Positions 1 to 11,083 of a DNA stretch of 50,118 nucleotides are shown piece after piece. Source of the stretch: PS1 clade bacterium (GTDB lineage Bacteria; Pseudomonadota; Alphaproteobacteria; RS24). The notes beneath the pieces were generated by a model. It worked only from the letters and a program-made list of their open reading frames with translations, was not told the DNA's origin and did no database searches. Each line of letters starts with the position of its first letter. Positions within the stretch are counted from its first letter, which is position 1. The translations under genes were made by a program, and so were the position numbers. The stretch lies in the NCBI GenBank assembly GCA_016779015.1, contig JADHOK010000001.1, positions 1-50,118 of the forward strand. The letters run 5' to 3'.

Positions 1-20
1 TCGTAAAATGCTATCCAACA

Positions 21-46
21 GCATCTGACCGCATCTGACCGCATCT
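21..46. repeat. Short tandem repeat (GCATCTGACC x2.6)
   Basis: gcatctgacc-gcatctgacc-gcatct read directly upstream of lpxA. Confidence 0.8.
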
Positions 47-126
47 TCCAGCCTGTGCAAAAAGGCGTAATAATCCGTCACAATCCTTTATTTGCTGCGC
101 TTTTCGACTGGCTTTAACAATCTTGC

Positions 127-921
127 ATGGGGAATGTTCATCCAACTGCGATTGTTGACGAAACCGTAAAGCTTGGCGCCGATGTGACCATCGGCCCGTA
201 TTGTTGCGTGACCGGTAATGTGATGCTGGGTGACGGCGTCACGCTGGAAAGCCATGTCGTTGTTACCGGCCATACGACCGTCGGGGCAGAGACGCATATT
301 TATCCTTTCGCTTCTATCGGTCATGTGCCGCAGGATTTGAAATTCGGCGACGAGGAAGTCACGCTGGAAATCGGCGCGCGCAACCGCATTCGCGAGCATG
401 TGACCATGAACCCGGGCACTGCGGGCGGCGGCGGCGCAACCAAAGTCGGCAATGACGGCTTGTTCATGATGGGCGCGCATGTGGCGCATGACTGCATAGT
501 CGGTGACAATGTCATCCTTGCCAACAACGCCACTTTGGGCGGCCATGTGACGGTCGGCGATTTTGCCATTCTCGGCGGGCTTGTCGGCGTGCATCAGTTT
601 TGCCGCATCGGCGCGCATGCCTTTATCGGTGCCGGTAGTTTGGTGGTTGAGGATGTCATTCCGTTCGGCGCTGCCACCGGCAACCGCGCTGTATTGTCGG
701 GCCTCAATCTGGTCGGCCTGAAACGGCGTAATTTTGACCGCGCGGAAATCAACGCGCTGCGCGCGCTGCACAAATCCTTGTTCATTGAAACCGAAGGCCC
801 GCTTATGTCGCGCCTCGCCAAAGCCGCCCAAGAGCTTGGCGACAGTGCTTGTGTGCAACAGGTTGTCGAGTTTATGCGCGTCGAACAAAATCGGGGCTAT
901 TGCACCCCGCGCAATAAATAA
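127..921 (+). CDS. lpxA: Acyl-ACP--UDP-N-acetylglucosamine O-acyltransferase
   Basis: N-terminal VHPTAIV, hexapeptide repeats, PQDLKF and AHVAHDC motifs, GLNLVGLKRR; lipid A operon context. Confidence 0.97.
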   Translation: MGNVHPTAIVDETVKLGADVTIGPYCCVTGNVMLGDGVTLESHVVVTGHTTVGAETHIYPFASIGHVPQDLKFGDEEVTLEIGARNRIREHVTMNPGTAGGGGATKVGNDGLFMMGAHVAHDCIVGDNVILANNATLGGHVTVGDFAILGGLVGVHQFCRIGAHAFIGAGSLVVEDVIPFGAATGNRAVLSGLNLVGLKRRNFDRAEINALRALHKSLFIETEGPLMSRLAKAAQELGDSACVQQVVEFMRVEQNRGYCTPRNK

Positions 922-923
922 TC

Positions 924-1772
924 ATGGCCACGGCGTCTGAAAAACCACTGGGTCTGGTCGCCGGCTCCGGCGCTCTGCCGCTGCGTTTGGCCGAAGCGCA
1001 CAGTCAAAACGGTGCGCTTTATGTCGTCGCGCTGCAAGGCGAGGCCGATGCAGCGCTCCAGACCTATCCGCATATCGTCTCGCCGATCGGCCACTTCAAG
1101 GCGGCGGCCGATGCGCTGCTTGATGCCGGATGCAACGATATGGTGATTATCGGTGCCATAAATCGCCCCAATATTGAGGCGGTTGATTTGGATGAAGGCG
1201 GGCAATGGTTCCTCGAACAGGTGATGGCCGGCGCGCATGCGGGCGACGACCAATTGTTGAAAGTGATTATCGCCTATTTCGAAATGCGCGGCTTGACGGT
1301 GCGCGCAGCGCAAGATTTTCTTGGCCACCAAACCGGTAGGGTGGGCTCTCAGACGACGCACGACCACGCGCCGCATCAGGCTGATATCGACCGCGCCATT
1401 GAGGTGGCGCAGGTGACGGGGGCCGCGGATATCGGGCAGAGTGTGGTTATTGGTCGCCGCACTGTGCTGGCGGTGGAAGGCCCCGAAGGCACTGATGGTA
1501 TGCTGAGTCGCTTGCAAGACCTATCGGCCGAGTTTCTCGGCGCGCGCGATGCGGCAAGCGGTGTGTTGGCTAAACTACCTAAGCCGCAACAAGACCGACG
1601 TATCGATATTCCGGCGATTGGCCGCCAAACGGTTGAGTTGGCGGCGGCGGCGCATTTGGCCGGTATCGTGTTCGAAGCCGGTGGCACATTGTTTGACGAC
1701 TTCGAAGCGGTGGTCGCGCTGGCAGAAGAAAAAGGTCTGTTCCTGCTCGGTCTCGAAAGGCCGGAGGGATAG
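924..1772 (+). CDS. lpxI: UDP-2,3-diacylglucosamine diphosphatase LpxI (DUF1009)
   Basis: GLVAGSGALP, DIGQSVV, AVEGPEGTD, KPQQDRRIDIPAIG motifs; located between lpxA and lpxB. Confidence 0.93.
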   Translation: MATASEKPLGLVAGSGALPLRLAEAHSQNGALYVVALQGEADAALQTYPHIVSPIGHFKAAADALLDAGCNDMVIIGAINRPNIEAVDLDEGGQWFLEQVMAGAHAGDDQLLKVIIAYFEMRGLTVRAAQDFLGHQTGRVGSQTTHDHAPHQADIDRAIEVAQVTGAADIGQSVVIGRRTVLAVEGPEGTDGMLSRLQDLSAEFLGARDAASGVLAKLPKPQQDRRIDIPAIGRQTVELAAAAHLAGIVFEAGGTLFDDFEAVVALAEEKGLFLLGLERPEG

Positions 1773-1777
1773 ACAGC

Positions 1778-2941
1778 GTGTCCTCCCACATGCCATCCCA
1801 CATCATGATTATCGCCGGCGAGACTTCGGGCGACTTACTGGGGGCCGACCTGATGCAGGCGTTGAAACGCCGTGATGACGGGGTGATGGTGACCGGTATT
1901 GGCGGGCCAAAAATGACGGCGCAAGGACTGTCTTCGATTTTCCCCATGGATGAGATTGCGGTGATGGGGCTGAAAGAAATTCTGCCGCGCTTGCCGCAAT
2001 TATTCAAACGCGTCGATGAGGCCGTGCAGCACGCGCTGATGAGCAAGCCGGATGTGATGGTGCTGATTGATAGCCCGGAGTTCAATCACCGCGTCGCCAA
2101 GCGGGTGAAAGCCAAACGCCCGCAAACCAAAATCATTTGCTATGTCGCACCGCATGTGTGGGCCTGGCGGCGCGGGCGGGCGCGCAAAATGCGCCGCTAT
2201 TTTGATGCGGTGATGGCGTTTTTGCCTTTCGAGCCGGATGTCTTTGCTGCCAATGACGGGCCGCCTTGCCATTTTGTCGGTCACCCGATTACCGACCGGC
2301 TGGAGGCGCTGGAGCCGCTGCCCGATATCGCCCCGAAATATGGTTTGAAGAAAACCGATATCCCGCTTGCCATATTGCCGGGCAGTCGCGTCAGTGAGGT
2401 CAATGTGCTGGTGCCGGTATTCACCCAAGTGCTGCGCATGCTCGATGGCCGCATCGATAATTTGCGGCCGATTATTCCGCTGGTGCCGCATATGGCCGAG
2501 ACGGTGCGCGCCAAAACCGCCAACTGGCCGGGCCGCCCGATTTATATTGAAGACGAGGGCGAGAAATTCGCCGCCTTTCATTTAAGCCGCGCCGCGCTTG
2601 CCGCTTCGGGCACGGCTACAATGGAGCTGGCGCTGGCCGGGTTGCCGACCGTGGTCGCGTATAATATGGGGCTGATGGGTGACTTTTTGATGCGCACCAT
2701 GCCGGTGCCGTCTGTGGTGCTGCCCAATCTCATTCTCGATCAACCGGCGATGCCGGAATTTTTGCAAGAGCGGTGCGACGCGCGCCTTATCGCGCCACTG
2801 CTGCAGCGGATGATAGAGGACGATAATGTGAACGCGCATTATCGCGACATGCTGGCGGCGTTTCGTCCGGCCATGCGGCAGCAGGGCGAAAAGCCCGCCG
2901 ACCGTGCGGCGGCGCTGACGCTGTCAATTATTTCGGATTAG
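1778..2941 (+). CDS. lpxB: Lipid-A-disaccharide synthase
   Basis: IAGETSGDLLG, IDSPEF, YVAPHVWAWR, FVGHP, LPGSR and ASGTATME motifs; start may be ATG 1790. Confidence 0.97.
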   Translation: MSSHMPSHIMIIAGETSGDLLGADLMQALKRRDDGVMVTGIGGPKMTAQGLSSIFPMDEIAVMGLKEILPRLPQLFKRVDEAVQHALMSKPDVMVLIDSPEFNHRVAKRVKAKRPQTKIICYVAPHVWAWRRGRARKMRRYFDAVMAFLPFEPDVFAANDGPPCHFVGHPITDRLEALEPLPDIAPKYGLKKTDIPLAILPGSRVSEVNVLVPVFTQVLRMLDGRIDNLRPIIPLVPHMAETVRAKTANWPGRPIYIEDEGEKFAAFHLSRAALAASGTATMELALAGLPTVVAYNMGLMGDFLMRTMPVPSVVLPNLILDQPAMPEFLQERCDARLIAPLLQRMIEDDNVNAHYRDMLAAFRPAMRQQGEKPADRAAALTLSIISD

Positions 2942-2949
2942 ATTTCAGC

Positions 2950-4239
2950 CTAACGCTGTTTGATATCGGTGTAGTCGCGCGGGCCGGCACCGATATAAAG
3001 TTGACGCGGGCGACCGATACGTTGGCTCGGATCCTCGATCATCTCATTCCATTGCGCAATCCAGCCGACCGTGCGGGCCAGAGCGAACAGAACGGTGAAC
3101 ATGGAGGTCGGAAAGCCCATCGCTTTCAGCGTGATGCCGGAATAGAAATCAATATTCGGATAGAGTTTCTTCTCGACGAAATATTCGTCTTCCAGCGCAA
3201 TCTTCTCAAGTTCCATCGCCACATCGAGCAGCGGGTCATCAGTTATACCCAGCTCGCCCAGCACTTCGTGGCAAGTCTTTTGCATGACGCGGGCGCGCGG
3301 GTCGTAATTTTTATAAACCCGATGCCCAAAGCCCATCAGGCGGAACGGGTCATCTTTGTCTTTGGCTTTTTTGACATATTCCGGAATGCGGTCAACCGAG
3401 CCGATTTCGGCCAGCATATCGAGCGCCGCTTCATTGGCACCGCCATGGCTGGGGCCCCAAAGACAGGCAATGCCGGCGGCGACGCAAGCAAACGGATTGG
3501 CGCCCGAAGAACCGGCCAGACGCACGGTTGAGGTCGAGGCGTTTTGCTCGTGGTCGGCGTGCAGAATAAAAATCCGGTCCATGGCGCGCGCCAGCACCGG
3601 GCTGACATTCGTGTCTTCGCACGGCACTGAAAAGCACATATGCAAAAAGTTGGACGCATAATCGAGGTCATTGCGCGGATAAACAAAAGGTTGGCCGATA
3701 GAATATTTATAGGCCATGGCGGCAATGGTCGGGATTTTGGCAATCAGGCGACGGCTGGCAATGGTGCGCTGCTCGGCATCATTGACGTCAGTGCTGTCGT
3801 GATAAAACGCGGACAGCGCGCCAACGACACCGACCATAATGGCCATTGGGTGCGCATCGCGGCGGAAACCGTGGAAGAAACGGTTCATCTGCTCGTGCAG
3901 CATGGTGTGGCGGGTAATCGCCGTTTCAAACTCTTCGAGCTCTGTGGCACTTGGCAGCTCGCCATTCAGCAGCAAAAAGCAGGTCTCGATAAAGCTGCCT
4001 TTATCGGCCAATTGCTCGATGGGATAGCCGCGGTGCAACAATACGCCTTCTTCGCCATCAATGTAAGTGATGGCCGATTTACAACTCGCCGTGGAGGTGA
4101 AACCGGGGTCATAAGTGAACTGGCCTGTTTGACCGTAAAGCGACGATACATCAATGACGCTAGGCCCTACTGTTCCTTTATGAATGCCGAATTCATAGTC
4201 TTTTCCAAGGCTGGCGAGTTTAGCGTTCTCGTCGCTCAT
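2950..4239 (-). CDS. gltA: Type II citrate synthase
   Basis: [50 protein letters not shown]. Confidence 0.98.
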   Translation of the reverse strand: MSDENAKLASLGKDYEFGIHKGTVGPSVIDVSSLYGQTGQFTYDPGFTSTASCKSAITYIDGEEGVLLHRGYPIEQLADKGSFIETCFLLLNGELPSATELEEFETAITRHTMLHEQMNRFFHGFRRDAHPMAIMVGVVGALSAFYHDSTDVNDAEQRTIASRRLIAKIPTIAAMAYKYSIGQPFVYPRNDLDYASNFLHMCFSVPCEDTNVSPVLARAMDRIFILHADHEQNASTSTVRLAGSSGANPFACVAAGIACLWGPSHGGANEAALDMLAEIGSVDRIPEYVKKAKDKDDPFRLMGFGHRVYKNYDPRARVMQKTCHEVLGELGITDDPLLDVAMELEKIALEDEYFVEKKLYPNIDFYSGITLKAMGFPTSMFTVLFALARTVGWIAQWNEMIEDPSQRIGRPRQLYIGAGPRDYTDIKQR

Positions 4240-4342
4240 TGCGGTCTCCTTATTGCGGCTGTCGAAATGCTGGCGATTTCATAGCATAAAAAATTAGCCC
4301 AAGCCAGCGCCTGAGCCTTATTTTGCCCTATTTTGCGCGGTT

Positions 4343-5728
4343 TTAACGGTTTATTTTGTCGTTTAGGCGGCTTAGTGCCTCGTTTTTGCCGAGCAGGGCG
4401 AAAACATCGAAAATTCCGGGCGATTGACTGCTGCCGACCAGCGCGGCGCGGAAAGCGGGCGCCAATTTGCCCATTTTCAACTCGTTTTCGTCCATATAGC
4501 CTTTAATCAACGCCTCAATCGGCTCCCTTTGCCAATCCTCGAGGGTCTCGAGCTTCTCGACCAGCGCCGCGAGATGCGGCCTGGTTTCATCATTCAGATG
4601 CTTTTGCAGCTTTTCATCGACGCCAATCGGCCGTGTTGCAGCCAGAAACGCCGCGTCGGCGGCGAGGTCGGGCAGGCGGGTGGCGCGGCTTTTCAATAGG
4701 GGCATGGCGGCGGTCAGTTGCGCTTCAAAACCGGCCAAAGCGGCGTTTTGCGCGATGGTCTCGGCCACCAGCGCGGCGTCATCGGCCATGGAGAGATGCT
4801 GCGCATTCACATTGTCGAGTTTTTCCGTATCAAAACGCGCCGGTGATTTGCCGATGGCCTCGAGCCCGAACCATGCCACAAGCTGCGCCGTGCTGAAGAT
4901 TTCGTCATCGCCATGGCTCCAGCCGAGGCGCGCCAGATAATTGCGCATGGCTTCGGGCAGATAGCCCATATCGCGATACGCTTCGACGCCCAATGCGCCG
5001 TGCCGCTTCGACAGTTTGGCACCATCGGCACCGTGAATGAGCGGGATATGCGCGAATTGCGGCACTTGCCAATCCAGCGCGGCGTAAATTTGCGCTTGGC
5101 GCGCCGCATTGGTCAAATGGTCATCGCCGCGAATAATATGGGTAACGCCCATATCATGGTCGTCCACCACGACCGACAGCATATAGGTCGGCGAGCCGTC
5201 GGAACGCAGCAGCACCAAATCGTCAAATTGCGCACTGTCGGTGCTGACGCGGCCTTGCACCGCGTCATCTATCACCGTCTCACCACTTTGCGGCGCTTTG
5301 AAGCGCACCACAAAAGGCGCGCCGTCGCGGTTTTGGTCGCGGCACGTGCCGTCATAACGCGGCGGCTTGCCGGCGGCGCGCGCCGTCTCGCGCATCGCCT
5401 CTACTTCCGCCGGCGTGCAGGTGCATTTATAGGCTTTGCCTTCGTTCAAAAGCCGCTCGGCAATCTCGACATGGCGGGCGGCGTTTTGGTGTTGGAACAG
5501 CGGCGCTTCATCGGCATCAAGGCCGAGCCAAGACATGCCGTCGAGAATGGCATCAATGGCCTCTTGGGTGGAGCGGGCGCGGTCAGTATCCTCGACGCGC
5601 AGCAAAAAAGTGCCGCCGTGATGGCGCGCAAAAGCCCAGTTGAAAAGAGCCGTGCGCGCGCCGCCAATATGCAAAAAGCCGGTCGGCGAGGGCGCGAAAC
5701 GAGTGACGATTTTGGCGGCGTCGGTCAT
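4343..5728 (-). CDS. gltX: Glutamate--tRNA ligase
   Basis: RFAPSPTGFLHIGG (HIGH-like), IIRGDDH, KLSKRHG (KMSKS-like). Confidence 0.97.
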   Translation of the reverse strand: MTDAAKIVTRFAPSPTGFLHIGGARTALFNWAFARHHGGTFLLRVEDTDRARSTQEAIDAILDGMSWLGLDADEAPLFQHQNAARHVEIAERLLNEGKAYKCTCTPAEVEAMRETARAAGKPPRYDGTCRDQNRDGAPFVVRFKAPQSGETVIDDAVQGRVSTDSAQFDDLVLLRSDGSPTYMLSVVVDDHDMGVTHIIRGDDHLTNAARQAQIYAALDWQVPQFAHIPLIHGADGAKLSKRHGALGVEAYRDMGYLPEAMRNYLARLGWSHGDDEIFSTAQLVAWFGLEAIGKSPARFDTEKLDNVNAQHLSMADDAALVAETIAQNAALAGFEAQLTAAMPLLKSRATRLPDLAADAAFLAATRPIGVDEKLQKHLNDETRPHLAALVEKLETLEDWQREPIEALIKGYMDENELKMGKLAPAFRAALVGSSQSPGIFDVFALLGKNEALSRLNDKINR

Positions 5729-5866
5729 TAATTTCCTGTTTACCTATATCGCGTAAAACGTGTGGTGGCGGTGCAGTTCCCCCGCTGCTCGCTAGCGCGC
5801 GGGGCGCGACTGCGCCACTTTTTAAGCTGATATCACAGATTTTGGCAACGCCCTAGCGACACGCTT

Positions 5867-7861
5867 ATGAAACCGATTACCCATATCAGTCAATTTTCAC
5901 TCTTGGTGTGCAGCTTCGCGTTGGCGCTGACAGGTTATTTCATTCTGCCCGTCGAGCCGCCATTATGGCTGGGCTTGCTGCTGCTGCTATTGGGGCCGGC
6001 GGTGTTTTACCTCGGGCGGCGTTATCAGCAGCCGGTCACGAAACGCGTGGCGGTGTTTGTGATAGCCGCTTCTATCGGTTTTGTCTGGGCGCAGGGGCGG
6101 GCGCATATGCAGGCGCGCGTTTCCGCCCCGCCGGAATTTGGGGCGCAGAAAATCAGCGGCACGCTGCTATGGCACGAAGCGACGCCGCGCGGCAGTCGCT
6201 GGGATGTCGAGCACCAAGACACGAACGGGGGTGCTTATGTGGTGCGGCTTTACGGCAAGCGCGCGCATCTTTCTGCGGCGCAGCCCGGTTGCGCCATTAC
6301 CGTGACGGCCGATATCGAGCCGCTGCCGACACCGATTATCATGGGCGGTTATGACCCGCGGCGCGATGCTTGGTTCGCCGGTCGCCGTGGGCGCGGCTTT
6401 ATCCGCAATATCGACAATGTCGATTGTCCGGACCGGTTGAGCTGGGCTTATCGACTGGCCCGCGCGCGTCTTGCTTTGGCGCGGCATTACCGGCTCAATA
6501 TGTCGGATGATGCCGGCCCGGTCGCGGCGGCTCTGGTGACGGGTGTGCGTGGCGCCATCGATGGCTCGGTGCGCGATGCGTTCCGCCATAGCGGCTTGGC
6601 GCATATGCTGGCCATTTCCGGTTTGCATATGGCGCTGTTTGCCGGTTCGGTATATGCGCTTTTGCGTTTGCTGCCGGCCCTCTTGCCCGGATTGGTGCTG
6701 CGTTACGATGTGCGCGAACCTTGCGCGCTCATTTCGCTGAGCGCGGCGACCGGTTATCTGTTTCTCTCCGGTGCCGGTTTGGCGACGCAGCGCGCCTATA
6801 TAATGCTGGCGATTTTCTTCCTTGCCATTCTGCTCGACCGTCCGGCCATCACCATGCGCAATGTTTTATGGGCGGCTTTGCTGGTGCTGCTATGGCAACC
6901 GCATGCGGTGATGCAAGCCGGTTTTCAAATGAGCTTCGCGGCGGTGATGGCGCTGGTCGCGGTCTATGAAGCGTGGCGTCGGCACGACACGCTATATCTG
7001 CGCTTTGAGCGTTTGTCGCCGGCGCGGCAAGTGCTGCGACGGTTGTGGCGCTATGGCACGGGGCTGTTTGTGACCAGTCTCATCGCCGGCAGTGTCACCG
7101 GCTTTATCGCGCTGGTGCGGTTTTTGCAGCTTGGCACTTATGGTCTGCCGGCCAATCTGCTCGCCATGCCGCTTTTCGCTACCTTGATTATGCCGATGGC
7201 ACCGGTCTCGTTGTTGCTGCTGCCGCTCGGGGCAGACGGGCCGATATTGAGCTTGATGCAGTTTGGCATTGAAAGCGTGCTGACTGTGGCCGGATTTTTC
7301 ACCGCCAGCAGCGGCGCGCTGTTTCGCCCCGGCGTCAGCGCCGCTTTTGTCATGCCACTAGCGACTATCGGTTTTGTGGTGCTGTGCTTGGTGCCGACAC
7401 GCTGGCGGCTCATCGGACTGGCACCTTTGCTCGTCGCTTTTCTCGGTATCGGGCAGGGCGAACGACCGGTGTTGCATATGTTCGGACGCGACCTCATCGC
7501 GGTGCGCGGCAGCGATGACGCCTTGTTGGTATTGCGCCGGAACGGGCATCGATACGAGCTTGACCGCTTGGCGCGTTATCATGGGGTCACGCCCGAGGCA
7601 CCGGCATGTCCTTCCGTTTGTCGGGTTTGGCTGAAAGGTGGCGTCAGGCTGGCTTACCACAACCGGCCGATTGGCCTGACCCAGTCGTGCCGCAATGTCG
7701 ATGTGGTGGTGATGCCGTTTGATGAAGCGCGTTATCCGTGCGACGCGCTATTATTTGACAAACGCGCATTTCAAACGCGTATGCATCGTCAATTCTCGGC
7801 TCGTAAAGGTAAGCTGGTGGCGGATGAGATAAGCAATGCGCGCTTATGGCAGCGCGATTAA
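5867..7861 (+). CDS. comEC: ComEC/Rec2 family competence membrane channel
   Basis: [19 protein letters not shown] and GFQMSFAA motifs, many TM segments; usual position between gltX and lexA. Confidence 0.93.
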   Translation: MKPITHISQFSLLVCSFALALTGYFILPVEPPLWLGLLLLLLGPAVFYLGRRYQQPVTKRVAVFVIAASIGFVWAQGRAHMQARVSAPPEFGAQKISGTLLWHEATPRGSRWDVEHQDTNGGAYVVRLYGKRAHLSAAQPGCAITVTADIEPLPTPIIMGGYDPRRDAWFAGRRGRGFIRNIDNVDCPDRLSWAYRLARARLALARHYRLNMSDDAGPVAAALVTGVRGAIDGSVRDAFRHSGLAHMLAISGLHMALFAGSVYALLRLLPALLPGLVLRYDVREPCALISLSAATGYLFLSGAGLATQRAYIMLAIFFLAILLDRPAITMRNVLWAALLVLLWQPHAVMQAGFQMSFAAVMALVAVYEAWRRHDTLYLRFERLSPARQVLRRLWRYGTGLFVTSLIAGSVTGFIALVRFLQLGTYGLPANLLAMPLFATLIMPMAPVSLLLLPLGADGPILSLMQFGIESVLTVAGFFTASSGALFRPGVSAAFVMPLATIGFVVLCLVPTRWRLIGLAPLLVAFLGIGQGERPVLHMFGRDLIAVRGSDDALLVLRRNGHRYELDRLARYHGVTPEAPACPSVCRVWLKGGVRLAYHNRPIGLTQSCRNVDVVVMPFDEARYPCDALLFDKRAFQTRMHRQFSARKGKLVADEISNARLWQRD

Positions 7862-8553
7862 TATTTGCGCATCAGACCGACAAGGCGGCCTTGGACCCGC
7901 ACTTGGTCGGCGCGGAAAATCCGTGTTTCATAAGCCGGATTGGCAGCCTCCAGCGCAATCATCTCGCCTTTACGGCGCAGGCGCTTCAGCGTCGCTTCGT
8001 GACCTTCAACCAGCGCCACAACAATCTCGCCGTTTTCAGCCGTGGCACCGCTTTGAATGACCGCGGTGTCGCCGTCGAAAATACCGGCATCGATCATCGA
8101 GTCGCCATGCACTTCCAGAGCGTAGTGGTCGCCCGAGCGCATCATTTCTATCGGCACGGAGATTTGATTGACTTCTTCCTGCAAGGCTTCGATGGGTGTA
8201 CCGGCGGCGATGCGACCCATCACCGATACGGTGACGGCGCTGTCATCATTGGCAGCTTGCGGGATATTGGGGGTTTGCCCCATGCCTCTCCCAAGTCCGC
8301 CGCTATGGCGCGCCGGGGCCGACATGGAGCTGGCCATTGTGTCGGGCAATTTCAACACTTCCAACGCGCGGGCACGATGCGCGAGGCGCTTGATAAAACC
8401 GCGCTCTTCCAGCGCGGTGATAAGGCGGTGAATACCGGATTTGGATTTCAGGTTAAGCGCTTCTTTCATTTCGTCGAAGCTCGGTGAAACACCGGTCTCT
8501 TTAAGCCGCTCATTGATAAACAGCAAAAGTTCGTATTGTTTCTTGGTGAGCAT
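7858..8553 (-). CDS. lexA: SOS repressor LexA
   Basis: [21 protein letters not shown] wHTH; GRIAAG cleavage site; GDSM serine and ATLK lysine. Confidence 0.98.
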   Translation of the reverse strand: MLTKKQYELLLFINERLKETGVSPSFDEMKEALNLKSKSGIHRLITALEERGFIKRLAHRARALEVLKLPDTMASSMSAPARHSGGLGRGMGQTPNIPQAANDDSAVTVSVMGRIAAGTPIEALQEEVNQISVPIEMMRSGDHYALEVHGDSMIDAGIFDGDTAVIQSGATAENGEIVVALVEGHEATLKRLRRKGEMIALEAANPAYETRIFRADQVRVQGRLVGLMRKY

Positions 8554-8570
8554 GTTCCTGCCTCCGAGTA

Positions 8571-8606
8571 GAACGAATCGCTAACTCTTATGTTCTACTT
8601 TTATTC
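8571..8606. promoter_or_regulatory. Two alphaproteobacterial-type LexA (SOS) boxes upstream of lexA
   Basis: GAAC-N7-TAAC at 8571-8585 and GTTC-N7-ATTC at 8592-8606, each one mismatch from GAAC-N7-GAAC / GTTC-N7-GTTC. Confidence 0.75.
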
Positions 8607-8629
8607 GTTTTTTGGGGCAAGAAGCATTT

Positions 8630-9421
8630 TTATGATTCGATAAGTTTTTTCGTCGCCGCCGCGACATCATCTTGCCGCATCAGAGATTCGCCGACCAAAA
8701 AGGCCGGAATACCGTCCGCCATCAGCCCACGCAGATCAGCATTGCTTGCAATACCGCTTTCGCTGACCAGCAGAATATCATCCGGCGTTTGCGCCATCAG
8801 CGTGCGTGTGGTGTCGAGCGTTGTCTCAAATGTGCGCAGGTCGCGATTGTTAATGCCCAATAGTTTGGGGTCGAGCGCTAGCGCGCGGGCTAATTCGGCC
8901 GCATCGTGAACCTCAAACAGCGTGTCCATGCCGTAATGAGTGGCCGCCGCGTAAAGCTCTTGCGCTTGCGCGTCGCTGACCGCCGCCATGATGATGAGAA
9001 TGGCATCTGCCCCCCAACTGCGGGCTTCGGCCACTTGATAAGTGTCATACATGAAATCTTTGCGCAGCACGGGCAGGGCGACGGCGGCGCGCGCCGCCAC
9101 CAAATATTCGGGCACACCGTGAAAGCTCGGCGCATCGGTGAGCACAGACAAACACGCCGCGCCACCTTGTTGATAGGCTTGGGCGATAAGCGGCGGATTG
9201 AAATCAGCGCGGATAAGACCTTTGGACGGCGAGGCTTTTTTAATCTCGGCAATCAGCGCCGCCTGACCGGCATCGCGCTTGGCTTCCAGCGCGCGCAAGA
9301 AACCGCGCGGTGCATCTGCCGCTTGGGCTGCCGCCTCGACTTCAGCCAGAGGCAAAGCAGCTTTCGCGGCGGCAATTTCCTCCAGCTTATAGGCGGTAAT
9401 TTTATCGAGAATGTCGCTCAT
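8630..9421 (-). CDS. trpC: Indole-3-glycerol phosphate synthase
   Basis: [43 protein letters not shown]. Confidence 0.97.
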   Translation of the reverse strand: MSDILDKITAYKLEEIAAAKAALPLAEVEAAAQAADAPRGFLRALEAKRDAGQAALIAEIKKASPSKGLIRADFNPPLIAQAYQQGGAACLSVLTDAPSFHGVPEYLVAARAAVALPVLRKDFMYDTYQVAEARSWGADAILIIMAAVSDAQAQELYAAATHYGMDTLFEVHDAAELARALALDPKLLGINNRDLRTFETTLDTTRTLMAQTPDDILLVSESGIASNADLRGLMADGIPAFLVGESLMRQDDVAAATKKLIES

Positions 9422-9425
9422 AATG

Positions 9426-10451
9426 TTACTGGTCGGCCAGCCTTTGCGTGGTCGCTACCAGATTGCCCAGCACGGCTTTGGCACCGCCATCATCGATTGC
9501 CAGTGCGGCAATCTCGGCACCGTCTTTCAGGTTGTCGGCTTTGTTGCACACCATCAGCGCGGCGGCTGTGTTGAGCAGCACGATATCGCGATACGCGCCC
9601 TCGGCACCGTCGAGCAAAGCGGTCAAGGCGGCGGCGTTTTCTTCCGGTGTGCCGCCGACCAAGTCTTCGGGTTTGGCGCGTGCCAGACCGGCGTCTTCGG
9701 GCGTCACTTCAAACACACTGACTTCGCCTTTGCGCAATTCGGCAACTGTTGATGGGCCGGTGGTGGTCAACTCATCCATACCGTCCGAGCCGTGCACCAC
9801 CCAAGCGCGTTCCGAGCCAAGTTTCTTCAGCACATTGGCCAGCGGCTCGACCCATTCTGCGGCGAAGACGCCGAGCAATTGTCGATTGGCGCCGGCCGGA
9901 TTGGACAGCGGCCCGAGTAGATTGAAAATTGTTCTAAAGCCAAGCTCTTGGCGGGCCGGGCCGACATGGCGCATCGCTGAGTGGTGATTGGGCGCAAACA
10001 AAAAGCCGATGCCGACATCATTGATGCATTGTTCCAGCGCCGTCGGCGACAGGGCCAGCTTAACGCCCAGCGATTCCAAAACCTCCGATGAACCGGATTT
10101 TGAACTGAGCGCGCGATTGCCGTGCTTGGCGACATAAGCGCCGCATGCCGCGCAAACCAGCGCGACCGCCGTTGAGATATTGTAAGAGCCGCTGCCATCG
10201 CCGCCGGTGCCGCATGTGTCCAGCACATGGGTCGGGGTTTTGACTTTCAACGCATTGGCGCGCATCACATTGACACCGGAGGCAATCTCATCGACGGTCT
10301 CACCGCGCACCCGCAAGGCGGTCAGAAAAGCACCGACTTGCGAAGGCGTGGCGTCGCCGTTCAGAATGATTTCAAACGCTTTGGTCGCCTCGGCGCACGA
10401 CAGGGTGCGGCCTTCCGATAAAATCGCCAATGTCGGTTTCAGCAGGTCCAT
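9426..10451 (-). CDS. trpD: Anthranilate phosphoribosyltransferase
   Basis: [36 protein letters not shown]. Confidence 0.97.
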   Translation of the reverse strand: MDLLKPTLAILSEGRTLSCAEATKAFEIILNGDATPSQVGAFLTALRVRGETVDEIASGVNVMRANALKVKTPTHVLDTCGTGGDGSGSYNISTAVALVCAACGAYVAKHGNRALSSKSGSSEVLESLGVKLALSPTALEQCINDVGIGFLFAPNHHSAMRHVGPARQELGFRTIFNLLGPLSNPAGANRQLLGVFAAEWVEPLANVLKKLGSERAWVVHGSDGMDELTTTGPSTVAELRKGEVSVFEVTPEDAGLARAKPEDLVGGTPEENAAALTALLDGAEGAYRDIVLLNTAAALMVCNKADNLKDGAEIAALAIDDGGAKAVLGNLVATTQRLADQ

Positions 10452-11081
10452 TTAGGCCTCCAGCGTTTCGTCTAGCGTCAAATGTTGCGACGGTATGTCT
10501 GCCGTTACATCCATACCGGCGGATTTCAAAAAATTACCCAACAGCTTATGGCCGTGCACTGTGGCAATACTCTCGGGATGAAATTGCACCCCGAAGACCG
10601 GCCGGGTTTTGTGGCGAACGGCCATAATAATACCGTCCTCCGTGCGCGCCGCAACCTCCAAGCACTCCGGCACACTGTCCGGCGCAATCACCAGCGAATG
10701 ATAACGCGTCACCATAAGCGGGTCGGGCAGGGTATCGAAAACCCCGTCGCCATTGTGCTGCACTGCGCTCAGCTTACCGTGCATGATTTTTTCGGCGCGC
10801 ACAATCTCGCCACCAAATGCCTGACCGATACATTGATGGCCGAGGCAGACACCGAATATCGGCATATCATCGGGGGCCGCTTTGATGAGGTCGAGGCAAA
10901 TGCCCGCCTTATCCGGGTCACACGGGCCGGGCGACAAAATAATCGCTTGCGGTTTGGCGGCCAGCACGTCTTGCGGCGTCGTTTTGTCATTGCGAACGAC
11001 ATTACACGGCGCGCCCAAATCGCCTAAAAACTGCACCAGATTGAAGGTGAAGCTGTCATAATTGTCGATGAGCGTCAGCAT
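10452..11081 (-). CDS. trpG: Anthranilate synthase component II (glutamine amidotransferase)
   Basis: IDNYDSFT, SPGP, GVCLGHQ, RYHSL, QFHPES. Confidence 0.96.
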   Translation of the reverse strand: MLTLIDNYDSFTFNLVQFLGDLGAPCNVVRNDKTTPQDVLAAKPQAIILSPGPCDPDKAGICLDLIKAAPDDMPIFGVCLGHQCIGQAFGGEIVRAEKIMHGKLSAVQHNGDGVFDTLPDPLMVTRYHSLVIAPDSVPECLEVAARTEDGIIMAVRHKTRPVFGVQFHPESIATVHGHKLLGNFLKSAGMDVTADIPSQHLTLDETLEA

Positions 11082-11083
11082 TA

